From contig CBFFRP010000281.1 of NCBI GenBank assembly GCA_965644295.1, positions 310,001 through 374,000 of the forward strand: a stretch of DNA of 64,000 bases. The letters run 5' to 3'. The DNA is from Paraphysomonas bandaiensis (lineage: Eukaryota > Protista > Chrysophyceae). Both the position numbers and the translations under genes were made by a program. Below are positions 53,683 through 64,000 of this stretch, piece by piece. The notes under the pieces were generated by a model that ran no database searches, was not told where the DNA came from, and was given only the letters and a program-made list of their open reading frames with translations. Numbering within the stretch: position 1 is the stretch's first letter; every line of letters starts with the position of its first letter.

Positions 53683-53963
53683 TGCCCCATACTGAGCGCG
53701 TACTTAGGTAGATCCGGGTGGGTACCTAACTAATACTTTATTTAAGTCCCATACGCTATTTGCTAGCTACTACCTACTGAACCCAACTAGCTACATCATC
53801 ATCACACGATATTCTGCGCTGAATATGCAATGAGAACCCGGGTTGGGAACCGCTGAACTAAGCATTGTGTACATAGGTAGATAGGTAGAGGTGCGCGGTC
53901 GCACTCAGTAGCACCTACTAGAGGGCAACACGCAGTGATTAGTTACGCTCTCAGTATGGGACA
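53683..53963. mobile_element. 281-bp TIR module (MITE-like) with TG...CA ends
   Basis: tgccccatactgagcgcgta ... tacgctctcagtatgggaca; direct-repeat copy at 60956-61188; inverted copy of the left ~55 bp at 54661-54716. Confidence 0.8.
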
Positions 53964-54660
53964 AAAGGTCCAATGCGAGTTGTCAATGTTATTAGAGATA
54001 AAAATATACTCTTCACGATATCGTTACTAAACGTAATCTAAAGACTATCATATAAAGAAATTAAGGAAACTTAATTATAATCCCTCTACTATCGATCCCT
54101 TACAAGTGGCATGTAAAGATGGTGAAAACTTTTATGCTATTGACCATATTTCAAAAATAAAAGGTCGAGCTAAAGGTCCAAAACATCATTGGATATACCT
54201 TACGGATACGCAACCACCAAAACCTCGTAGGACAAACCGGTGAACGTATGACTCCGACGTTTCAGCTAGCCTCACCATGTACAGCTTTGAATTGAGAGGG
54301 AGTGTTGAGTTTTGCTGCTTGAGCAATTAAAAGCTGTAATTCTAAGATATTGGAACTATGATCGTTACTCGAAGAATACAATATTGGTTAACAGTATTAT
54401 GAGAACTAATGTCATAATAGTATAATTATAGTAGTGAAACTAAAATATATATTGACCGTACAAGATCGTATGAAAATGAGTGGTAGTTGAGATCACATGA
54501 ATATGGTGAATGACAAAGAATAATAAGTGATATTGTTTACTTTGTTATCGTGCTTGATTATAATCTTAACATAATAAATGAGTAAATACACGTTTGGTTA
54601 ACTTAGTCATTCATCCAATGGTGTCATAATCTGACAGAACGAGCAATTTCCAACACAATC

Positions 54661-54716
54661 ACGTATTAGTTAGAACCCTACCCGACTCTACCTAAGTACG
54701 CGCTCAGTATGGAGCA
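54661..54716. repeat. Inverted copy of the left end of the 53683 TIR module
   Basis: gtattagttagaaccctacccgactctacctaagtacgcgctcagtatggagca is the approximate reverse complement of 53683-53737. Confidence 0.8.
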
Positions 54717-54742
54717 TACGGGACAGGAAATTTGCTTCATCA

Positions 54743-57019
54743 TCATCTGAGCAAAGATGCAAGCTTCTTCTCCATTAATGAGGCATGGTACGGCCCTGAG
54801 GTAAATTTCTGTGTGGAGACAGAAAAGTAGCGAGACTTCTTCATAATTGGATTATCGCTACGTGCATGCAGTTCACTATTGGTTTGGTGGATACCCAATT
54901 TACCACTGGCTATAACGATGCCGCCAACAAGTTTCGGACAATTGAATTGAAAGGCCTTAACTGGAAACAGCTCCTGGAATTTCAGCAGGTGTTGTTGAAT
55001 CTGATAAGTTGCCATGTCGTGCGCTATGTCGCCATTGGCAATTGCTTTCCACTCCTCCGGCAGGGGCTGATCCACGATCATTCCGAGGATACTGACAGGA
55101 TACCAGCTGAAGTACATCCTCTTGTCACGGGGGTAGTTCACGAAATCACCAAAAGGTCCGTTCACAATGGTCACAGAAGGAACATCTCTCAGCTCATCGA
55201 TGTAGCCTGTTTTGACTCCGAATTTCAGGCGCGCGTTGTTCCCACTCCAGTCCGGCAGACCCACCGTACGGTCTACGTCCCTCCGTCCCTCCCACAGACA
55301 ATTCACCACAACGTCAAATTGGAATGAACCTTTGTCCGTGGTCACAGTGTATGCACTCGGGTCTGTTTCAGTATGAACACCGGTGACAAAGTGATTCAGC
55401 ACCACCCGAATGCCCTTCTTCATGATAGCCTTCTTCACATAGTCTCTGAATGCTGTCTGAGAGATCGCGTACTCTTCCGTCTCGAAGCAACCAGCAAAGT
55501 ACGTCTGGTTCACGTGCGGTGGGAGCGGTATGCGCTTATAGATTTGGGAAGGGCGTTCTCCAAGGTAGGACAAGTGCGGCTCCGCCCGTATAATGTCCTC
55601 GTATATTCCCTGCAGCTTCGAGAAATACACCTCAAGCTCATCCGGAGACAGCAGCGAGTCATGCGGCACGAGGTACTGGAATCGGGTGGACTTGAGCGTC
55701 GCCCAGTCTACAGTCTCGTCCAGCAAATATTCCATGTATGTGCCAAATGTTAAAGCAGAGCGCATCATGTATTCTCCAGTCTTCAAAGATGGATCATTGC
55801 TGTACACAAACCCCATGTGAATTTTTCCTTCCTGATTCATGCTGGCACGATTCATGATGTCCGTGGAGTTGTCAATAATCGTAACATCGTACCCGTGCTT
55901 GTGGAACAGTAGTGCCATGGAGCATCCCTGTATGCCTCCTCCAAGGATAGAAACATGTTGTTTTTTCTCCTTGAAAACCCTTTCCTCAAACCGAGTGTTC
56001 GATATATTTCTGATTACCTGGCGTTGCGTGGCATTTTCTCCGACACGCTTTAGGTATGCCCTGCTCCAGTGAATGTTCAGTCGTTTCTTACAGATACTCA
56101 AAAGTTTCTTGCGTTCTGCCGTTGAATCGGCATACAACACCGACTTTTTGTACAGGTTGGCACAATGATCGGCCCAGCCCAAGGCGATATCAGAGTCATT
56201 CTGTTGGTTCCATGAGGCCAACACAGTTTTCTTAGAGTAGGATTTAAAATAGGGTACATCCACGGGAACCAGTTCACCAGCTATAGCCTGTTGCAATACG
56301 GAGGTGGTGTCTCCCAGCATGTCGAGGTGCTGATCCTCCGGCATGCTCCAGCTGTACTGTCCCACGGACCTCCGCATCAGTCCCCGGTGGCTCGTCGCTG
56401 ATACGTGATTCTTAATCACATCTGACACTCGTTCCAGCACAGTGGTACCCATGATACCATTCTGATGCATCAAGTTGTGACGTCCATCTTGCACTCGAAA
56501 AATGTAGGGATAGCAATTCACAGCCTGGGGGTGCGCCATGCATTCAGTCAATAGAGCTGAATAGTAATTACGGGGTATAGTGTCGTCATGGGCGAGGATT
56601 GAAACATAGTCGCCAGTAGCCTGGCGGAGTAAAAAATTGGTGTTCTTGACCCATCCCAAGCGATTGTGCTGAGCGAATATCACAACATTACTGCGTTGTA
56701 ATCTTTTCACCACAGATAGAGTGTTGTCGTTACTCAAATCCACTGACACCAAGATTTCTAAATTGGAATAAGTTTGTTCAAATACACTTTCCAGGGTATT
56801 CGAAATAAAAGAGCCTCCTTCATACGAAGGTATAAGCACTGAGATTAAAGGCTGTTGATTAGTGACTTCTTTGCCTGTGATATCGTGCAGACACATGCTC
56901 TCTGTGTTGCTTGATTTTATACCCTGGAAATAAATAGTTGTTACATTTTCGAGTGCAAAGGCATTTGAAATGATCAGACATAATGCTATTAAGATACTGC
57001 AAAATCTTGAAATAATCAT
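54743..57019 (-). CDS. Intronless secreted/type II glycosyltransferase family 2 fused to a FAD-dependent (DAO-like) oxidoreductase
   Basis: Signal/anchor MIISRFCSILIALCLII; GT2 motifs PLISVLIPSY...TLESVFEQTYSNLEILVSVDLS.D and ATGDYVSILAHDD; Rossmann VSILGGGIQG followed by ASMNQEGKIHMGFVY and FDVVVNCLW. Confidence 0.85.
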   Translation of the reverse strand: MIISRFCSILIALCLIISNAFALENVTTIYFQGIKSSNTESMCLHDITGKEVTNQQPLISVLIPSYEGGSFISNTLESVFEQTYSNLEILVSVDLSNDNTLSVVKRLQRSNVVIFAQHNRLGWVKNTNFLLRQATGDYVSILAHDDTIPRNYYSALLTECMAHPQAVNCYPYIFRVQDGRHNLMHQNGIMGTTVLERVSDVIKNHVSATSHRGLMRRSVGQYSWSMPEDQHLDMLGDTTSVLQQAIAGELVPVDVPYFKSYSKKTVLASWNQQNDSDIALGWADHCANLYKKSVLYADSTAERKKLLSICKKRLNIHWSRAYLKRVGENATQRQVIRNISNTRFEERVFKEKKQHVSILGGGIQGCSMALLFHKHGYDVTIIDNSTDIMNRASMNQEGKIHMGFVYSNDPSLKTGEYMMRSALTFGTYMEYLLDETVDWATLKSTRFQYLVPHDSLLSPDELEVYFSKLQGIYEDIIRAEPHLSYLGERPSQIYKRIPLPPHVNQTYFAGCFETEEYAISQTAFRDYVKKAIMKKGIRVVLNHFVTGVHTETDPSAYTVTTDKGSFQFDVVVNCLWEGRRDVDRTVGLPDWSGNNARLKFGVKTGYIDELRDVPSVTIVNGPFGDFVNYPRDKRMYFSWYPVSILGMIVDQPLPEEWKAIANGDIAHDMATYQIQQHLLKFQELFPVKAFQFNCPKLVGGIVIASGKLGIHQTNSELHARSDNPIMKKSRYFSVSTQKFTSGPYHASLMEKKLASLLR

Positions 57020-57107
57020 TTTACTTTCTCTTATGTATATGTCCCCCAAATGGTGTTGGGTAACGCTGACCAAAATATATCTATGGCTCCATATCAACTG
57101 ACGACAC

Positions 57108-57664
57108 ATATATCGGCATCCTTTGTATATTTTTATTCAAAGATGCCTCTAATATTGAGACAACAATTCTCTGTATTCCAGCTGTAGTTGTATTGCAGTA
57201 ATATAGAGTATATTTGCTTCAATTTATTTCCGAAAAATAAGATGCTGACTACCGTACAAACTCAACCAATATGGCCTCTTTTTTTATGAGGTGTGGTGGT
57301 GAATTTACCACCTACAAGATCGGGAAAATTATTTGAGCCGCACCCTTAATTTGACGTCACCGCCGCACTACTGGTGCTGCCCCGTATTGTCCAATAGTTC
57401 ATTGCAATTATAGTATGATAGGCCAGCATATACTGCAGTACAACTGTATACATACATACTATAAGAATGCGTATCATCATAAAACGCATGTATGTATATT
57501 CTCGTATATAGCGTTTCTGCAGTCAGCGTCTTATTTTTCGGAAATATATTGAAGTAAATATACTCTATATTACTACAGTACAATGTACGGCTGGAATACA
57601 GATAATTGTTATCTCAATAATAGAGGCATCTTTAAACAAAAATATACACAGGATGCCGATATAT
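57108..57664. mobile_element. Foldback/MITE-like element with ~143-bp inverted arms
   Basis: 57108-57250 and 57521-57664 are imperfect reverse complements around a 270-bp spacer; ends lie in TA runs. Confidence 0.8.
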
Positions 57665-58149
57665 ATAGCAAGAGAGCCATAGTATGTAGTTCAGTGGAAG
57701 CTCTTCAAACATAACAAGCACATGCTATCGTATGCTTCAATGTCAGGTAATAACATTGATCAGTGGTACAGATGTAAGCATTTGTAATATCATATAATGA
57801 TATGATATGAACAGAATGACTATAACTGTGATTATATACTACTGTATATTGCGTGATTATATATATGATATGGCTGTATGTGATGAGACACTGGTCGGTG
57901 TGTTGTGATCTGATGTGTTTTATAATGCTGTTGAGAATACGATGTACTGTGTACATAATATGATATTATTTGTTAATCTGTTGAAAGTAGTTGTTATTCT
58001 GTTAGATTAGGTTAAGTAGTGGTGATGTCCTAAATACTCTATTGTGTGGTGTTACATATAGAAATGATATGATTGTGTATGAATGTTGTAGCGATAATAA
58101 GAAGTAACTCAAGTAATAATAAAGCATGATTAATAAATTAAGGATTATT

Positions 58150-59200
58150 TTTCATGACCTTCAACTTTTTTTTTGCTCTTGCGAATAATATTACCATCTC
58201 TATCCCTCTTGGCACTCATAGCGTCATATAGGCTGTTTATACTTTTTTGATGCTTGTACTCTTGCTGGGAACTCTTTGTAATTCTCTTCTCCAAACAATG
58301 CAAAAATTAAACGCATCTCAACATCTTCAGCTACATTTTTTAACTTGCTTTTCCACTCTTTGTCGGAAGTAGATAAACATAGTTTCTCAAGTTTTGCGTA
58401 CTGAACGAAACTGACATGTAGCAGCCGCAGCATATTGACCCTCATATGTTGGAAAACATTACTTATTCGTGTCCTTGTGATGGTTCTTCTTGTGATGGTC
58501 CTTGAACAAAAGGAGGTAGAATAGAAGAAGTGTTGGACATCGCTTGTGTGGTTCTGATGGGTCCTGCGGTGGCAAGCTTGTTCAATGCAGTGTCCTGCCT
58601 TTCTATCTTTTTTTAATATCCTGCATTTCTAATTTCTTTTAAAGATCTCTTAGAGCAATCGTCTGAGTGTCCGAATTCCTCAGGAGCTTTGTATTTGGTC
58701 ACGAAGAATTCTATTTTCCTGGTAAATTTCATCTGCATTTCTTGTGTCCACAAAATTTAGACGAAGCCATCCCTCTTTAATTTGTGCACTCCATTGCATG
58801 ATTTCATCCCACGTGAAGTGGTGGCGCATTATATTGTGCTTGAAATTTTGCACCAGTCCATGTTGAACAGTGTACTTTGAAACAAATGACGACAATCTCA
58901 TAATGAATGTAGCAAACACAGATAGTTTAAATTGGAATAGGTACCCATCAGGACCGAATTCAGGGTAATTGAGTGGGTAACAACAAGTATCGAGTAATGT
59001 CATTACTCTTTTTCTGTTCTCGTCATTGATGAAATTGCACTGGGTGGATATATCTTCCTTCTAGGACTCGCAAATCCGCTTAAACTTTTTTCACCCACAG
59101 ATATTGTGACATCTATACCCATGATGTATTCGAATATGCTACACTCCCCCCGGAGAAGTCCCATCCTCCCCCTGATTTACTATTTGCTATGTCAGTTGTG
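58150..59200 (-). pseudogene. Frameshifted Crypton-like tyrosine recombinase C-terminal relic
   Basis: With frameshifts it reads IVN(R)GGWDFSG-ECSIFEYIMGIDVTISVGEKSLSGF..P, then ORFs 59003-58680 and 58445-58224. This resembles the RGGW...Y...V...LSGW box of stramenopile Cryptons. The 5' part is absent. Confidence 0.6.
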
Positions 59201-59449
59201 TAGAAGTCGATGTAATCAACAAACCTGGTAAAACAGTCAAAACCTGGTGAAATTTTGAAAAAGTTGATTTAAGTTGAGTTTTTGAAGCGTTTAGCAATAG
59301 ATAATATGTAGTGGATGTAAAGAAAACATGTTTGTAATGACATTTAATAAATTTTATATTAGTTACAGATCAAAAACGTGAGAATGTAACGGTATATATA
59401 TATATAATATGCATACTAGCATATGTAGTGCTATGTATAATATTAAAAA

Positions 59450-60700
59450 GTTCTAATGACTGACAAGCGATAATCAACTGAACTTCTGGCACATTTACCA
59501 GTAATAATAGATGCAGAATCAACTGTACCAGTGTCTACCCACTCCTTAACGGGTTCCTCAATATAACTCCACCTCGGAATACTGTCTTTTTTTACTGGAG
59601 GGGATAGGAGGCTTCTCTTGGTGGGCTACACTCAATATTAGGTACTTACACTAACAATCATATACAAAAATTATGCAAGGCAGAAGTACTTGGGGTGTAC
59701 TGACTTATCCTCTCTGGTGGAGCCACATCACTTCTTGCTTTCGTAAATCATTGAGGCCATGAACAGTACCACGCATTCTAGTGACAGTAACAATTTCGTC
59801 ATCAGGAGAATACCTCATAGAGTGGTTATCATGATCATCACCAGACGATGCCTCCACTTCTTGTCCTGAGTGTACAGAGGTAAACAAGGCATCATAATAT
59901 AATATACATATACAGTATACTACACAACACAACATACCATTTTGATTACTGTCGCCTGAGTCTCATTGGAAATTATATCACCACAATCCCACCCCACCTT
60001 CCTCCCTGTTGTCAAGTCTCGCCTTCTTTGCACGTGCTGCCTTCATTTCAACATATGTCTTCTCCCTCGCCGCACGCTGCTCTCTTCCCTGCCTGGGTTT
60101 ACATATATATGGCAAGACTCCCACCATTTCGGTGGGTGTAAAACCGTCTTATAGTTCCGGACAACAACTCGTGGAGGTATCTTCCTTGCACCGGCAGACT
60201 TGTTCTCCTTGTGTAAAACACAAGCCGTTGCCTTACCCTCCTAATGTCGTCTGTGCGGGCTCCATATAACCCTCCGCGTACTCCTCGTTCTCTGAATTCC
60301 ACTTTGAAATCAGGCACCCCAGTTTCACTGAAAATGGCATATCTCAGTGCAATAAAGAGCCCACCAATTTCGGTGATAGGCAGTGAGAAATCTTGAGCAC
60401 TATCACTCTTAGGAGTAATCTCCAGCCACTCTTTCCATTCCTCCGCCATTTTCGGCTTCTTCTGCTTCGAATATTGCTCTATCATTCTATTAGTGAGAGA
60501 AGAAGTTAGCTCATATGAGCCAGCTATGGAGGGGGTTGGGGAAAGTCACCTCTTGGAAGCTCCTTCAAGAAGTTAAAGGGCTTCTTGCTAAAAAGGGGAT
60601 AGCTCTGGACTTCACAAAGTTGAGCAACGAGGCCACAAAACGACTGCTTGCCAGTATTCTCTCCAATTTCTATCTATACTCCTCGTAGGCATGTGGAATT
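59450..60700 (-). pseudogene. Disrupted multi-exon gene of unknown family
   Basis: Protein-like frames (IEQYSKQKKPKMAEEWKEWLEITP..., EMKAARAKKARLD, WSYIEEPVKEWVD) separated by intron-like gaps, with in-frame stops and frameshifts. Confidence 0.45.
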
Positions 60701-60955
60701 CACGCCAAGAGAATAACATTGTTGCTGATGCATTTAGTAGATTATGTGCATTAGGCATTAGAATCTGAAATGGAGACAATCTGTGCTTCATTAATACCAG
60801 ATATACGAGTTCCTAACAAAGAATGGGAAATCATTCACAAGTGTTCAGAATAATAATTATAATTTCTTACTTGAAATTGCATTGTGTTCAACATAGCAAG
60901 ATTAAGGTTTACGTGTAGAGCAAAGATAACTTCAGTGAAATGTCCAATTCTAACA

Positions 60956-61188
60956 TACCTAAATAATACTTGATTTAAGTCCCATACGTTATTTGCTAGC
61001 TACCTACTGAACCCAACTAGCTACATCATTATCACACGGTATTCAGCGCCGAATATGCAGTGAGAACCCGGGTTGGGAACCGCTGAACTAAGCAACGTGT
61101 ACATAGGTAGAGGTGCGCGGTCGCAGCACTCAGTAGCACCTACTAGAGGGCCGCACACACTGATTAGTTACGCTATCAGTATGGGGCA
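60956..61188. mobile_element. Second, left-truncated copy of the 53683 TIR module
   Basis: High identity to 53723-53963; ends cagtatggggca followed by acaag. Confidence 0.85.
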
Positions 61189-61263
61189 ACAAGCACCTCA
61201 ATTCTACATAGGTACATACAACAAACTAATATTGACACTAACCTAAACTAAGTGTGCATGAAA

Positions 61264-63697
61264 CTAAACGTATCTTTCTATGATTTTCCCAATACCCCTT
61301 GTTCGCCCTTCCCGCAATACTATTGCACTTCCAATATCAAAATATTCGGGGTAATACAAAAATCTAAATCTACACCAACAAGAAAATTATCTACAGTACT
61401 ATAAACAACTAAGTGCCATTTTACCTGCAACAGGCCCTGTCTCCAGTGCCCAAACACGGAACAGAAGGACTACTATTAGCATCACGATCCTCACACACCT
61501 GAGGCGCACTCTCTTTCCTGAATATGAAGTAACTATACGAATTTAAGCATGTTCTACACAAGTTGTACCTAATACTTATCAATCGGGCAGTCTGACGCAC
61601 CACACCGATGTGAACAACAGGCTGGTAGTTTAGATGTATCCTGCAGAATACATCACTTCCTGATCACCTTGACATGCGAGCACTTACTGATTCGGGTGGT
61701 TAAGTATAAGAATATCAGCATCAAACTCCATAAAAGACGTCGGGGGAGGATCGCATATGCTCAACAGAAACTGTCCTTGTTTGGTTTGCCGAGTAGTTGA
61801 AGCCAGCGTGTTATAGGTATCACCTGGTGTAGAGCTGTCGCTAGCCTCAGAATCGTTCTCTTGAAAACAACATTGGGCGCCATCTCTGGATGTCGTCGTA
61901 GAGACACTTCCCAAGCTATAGCTGCTTGATGATTCCAGTGGCGTTGACAAATACCCCGATGAAAGCGCCACTGGAACAATGTTAGCAGTAATGGACTGCC
62001 CAACTGTAGCACGGTCCACTGGAACGCGATTTATATGTACACTCTGCACGCAAACTCGCTCAAATTCACCACGAAGGTTTGGGCCAAAATACATCTGAGT
62101 ACCATACACTTACAATTTTATATTTCACATATTCAGTGATAAATCTACATGTATCACTCAAGCACATCTCGTATGAACAAGCAAGCAGCCTTTCTACCTC
62201 ATCGCCTGGTGAAACTCCTGTGCCGTGACGAACTGCACCTTCCACTATCAGTCGGCCGCACCGTCCCCTCCGCATAATGTCACTCTCCATATAATCTTCA
62301 TTACTCTCTGGATAATATGTTGCAAGGACAGCAACTTCAGTGTGCTTCTTCGTCTCTTCTTGTCCCTGTTCGGTGCTCGGAAGACGGAATAATAGGTGTT
62401 GTAGAAGATCCATGCCGCGCCCACTCACGCTGGAAGTCACGAACAAAGGGACATGTACTGTATTTTGAACGCCACTATTATCACCATAACCGTTCATGAG
62501 GGTATCTATGTCCTCTTTACTATCAATCAGTACCGGCTGACGCTTACAGGATAACAGGATTCGTTTTATGTAGTCAACTGTTTTCGCTAAACTGTAGGCA
62601 GAAGCCACCTCAGACTTCGTTATCACCAAAACAATCGGTACGTTCAGCGCAAAAGCAATACCCAGGTGCTCGGTTGTCATCCGCAGAGGTGAGGAGGAAG
62701 AGGCGGGGAGACAAAGTAGCGTGTACTGTGGCGCATGACTTACTAGACCATAAACTGTTGTTTTAAAATATTTCTCGTGCCCTGCTAGATCCACTAAAGT
62801 AACCGTTTTTTTGGCTTCCGTAAGTATATCGAGGTCGCTGAGAGAGCGACATCTACTCATTAAATGAGTCTGGACAGTAATATTCCCCTCATAACCCTCG
62901 TTGAGGACCTGTACATGTTATTGGTTAATATGAAGTGTCCGACACCTGTGTTCTTACCTTGCCAGTGGAATTGAAATATAACTTGTGGCGACTGACAGAA
63001 GAAGTGCGGCCAGATAATATTTCATGCTGATGTCGTACAACCTATCCAACCCATTACTGTACACGGGTCATGTTATTATAATCGTACCTGCGTTCTTGCC
63101 AGACCACGTCCGTTGTCCAACTGCCCAGATAACAGTACACCTATCAGCGAGCTCTTGCCTGCATACATATTATTACTAGCCTAAATACACCCAAGTCACA
63201 AATACCAGTTCCAAAAGCTCCGACAACAGCAATATGTATCTGTCAAAATAGTAAGTTTTCTACTCTCATTTACAGTGCCTACATACATTTTCAGGGAGTA
63301 ACTTCGAATGTGCTTTCCTCTCAATCAGAACTTCTGCAGTAATCCCACACTCACCCCTCAAATATTTTCTAACTGTCATATTACAGTTATTTGAATCAGC
63401 CATTCTCTGAAGTGCTTTCAAAGAAGACTGTAACTCTAACTCACTAATGCCTATAGGCTGTCCATTATCTCTGTATCCTATCTTATAGATTGCTTCATCT
63501 CCACCTTCATTCAATCTCCTGTATAATGATCTCTTATAGTGATATGATTATATAGTATTTATATACCAGTGCATTTGTGTTACTCGATGATTAAACTGAT
63601 CATCAGATAGATCTGTTAATCTATACTTATACTCTATATTCCCTTCCTCTATTTCAGGGGGTAACCATCTAGCTTCTTCCATTTCATTCTTATCCAT
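61264..63697 (-). CDS. GTPBP1/GTPBP2-family translational GTPase, multi-exon
   Basis: LPPEIEEGNIEYK, VTQMHWRLNEGG.EAIYKIG, LDNGRGLAR...RHQHEI.SGRTSS, VTLVDLAGHEKYFKTT, REGRTRGIGKI. Confidence 0.92.
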
Positions 63698-64000
63698 AAC
63701 TAGTGTATGTTTATATCAATCATACTCTTTAATGTGTGTCTATTGAGATATGGTCCATAGGGAGAACCACAAGGAAATATGATCATATCATATCACCACA
63801 ATCATGATTCTGTTACCTAATATATATGTAGCCGGGAACGGGAGAGTAGGAATTACTATATAAAATATTGATATATATGAACGGCTGGGTAACGGGAGGA
63901 TACTTTACTTTTCAAAGAACTTGCTTGCATATACGCATATACAGTATTGTAAACTGGGGTATATCTACTGTAGGTATGCATACAACACTACAGTATATAC

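Noticed and set aside
53683-61188. LTR retrotransposon interpretation (direct repeats, TG...CA, 5-bp TSD)
   Set aside because: No PBS, PPT or gag/pol between the repeats, and each repeat carries its own ~20-bp TIR like a MITE.

Overview
This is eukaryotic, AT-rich, gene-dense DNA with short (mostly ~45-60 nt) GT-AG introns. It is most likely a stramenopile such as a chrysophyte-like alga or protist; that is an inference from gene content, the CryptonS-like relic and intron style. Recognisable genes: TMEM205/DUF4149-like, a large WD40-FN3 protein, VPS24/CHMP3, a 2OG-Fe(II) oxygenase-like protein, EME1-like, an EF-hand protein, NAA30, a RING-H2 ligase, an AGC-type pseudokinase, STE24, a P2B Ca2+-ATPase, PIG-B, a six-knottin secreted precursor, a sulfotransferase, a TLC/NTT transporter, an intronless GT2-FAD oxidoreductase fusion and a GTPBP1/2 GTPase. 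Intergenic gaps are rich in mobile DNA. Main findings: (1) A non-LTR retrotransposon family has four 5'-truncated copies with 13-15 bp TSDs. A ~0.5 kb non-coding partner element shares its 3' tail, including a conserved GNRA hairpin, and starts with an R2/HDV-like ribozyme core (SIDE/SIDER-like). (2) A 7.5-kb block bounded by TG...CA inverted ends and an ACAAG 5-bp duplication carries the intronless GT2-FAD gene. (3) A tandem six-knottin polyprotein. Exon boundaries were read by eye and no database searches were run.
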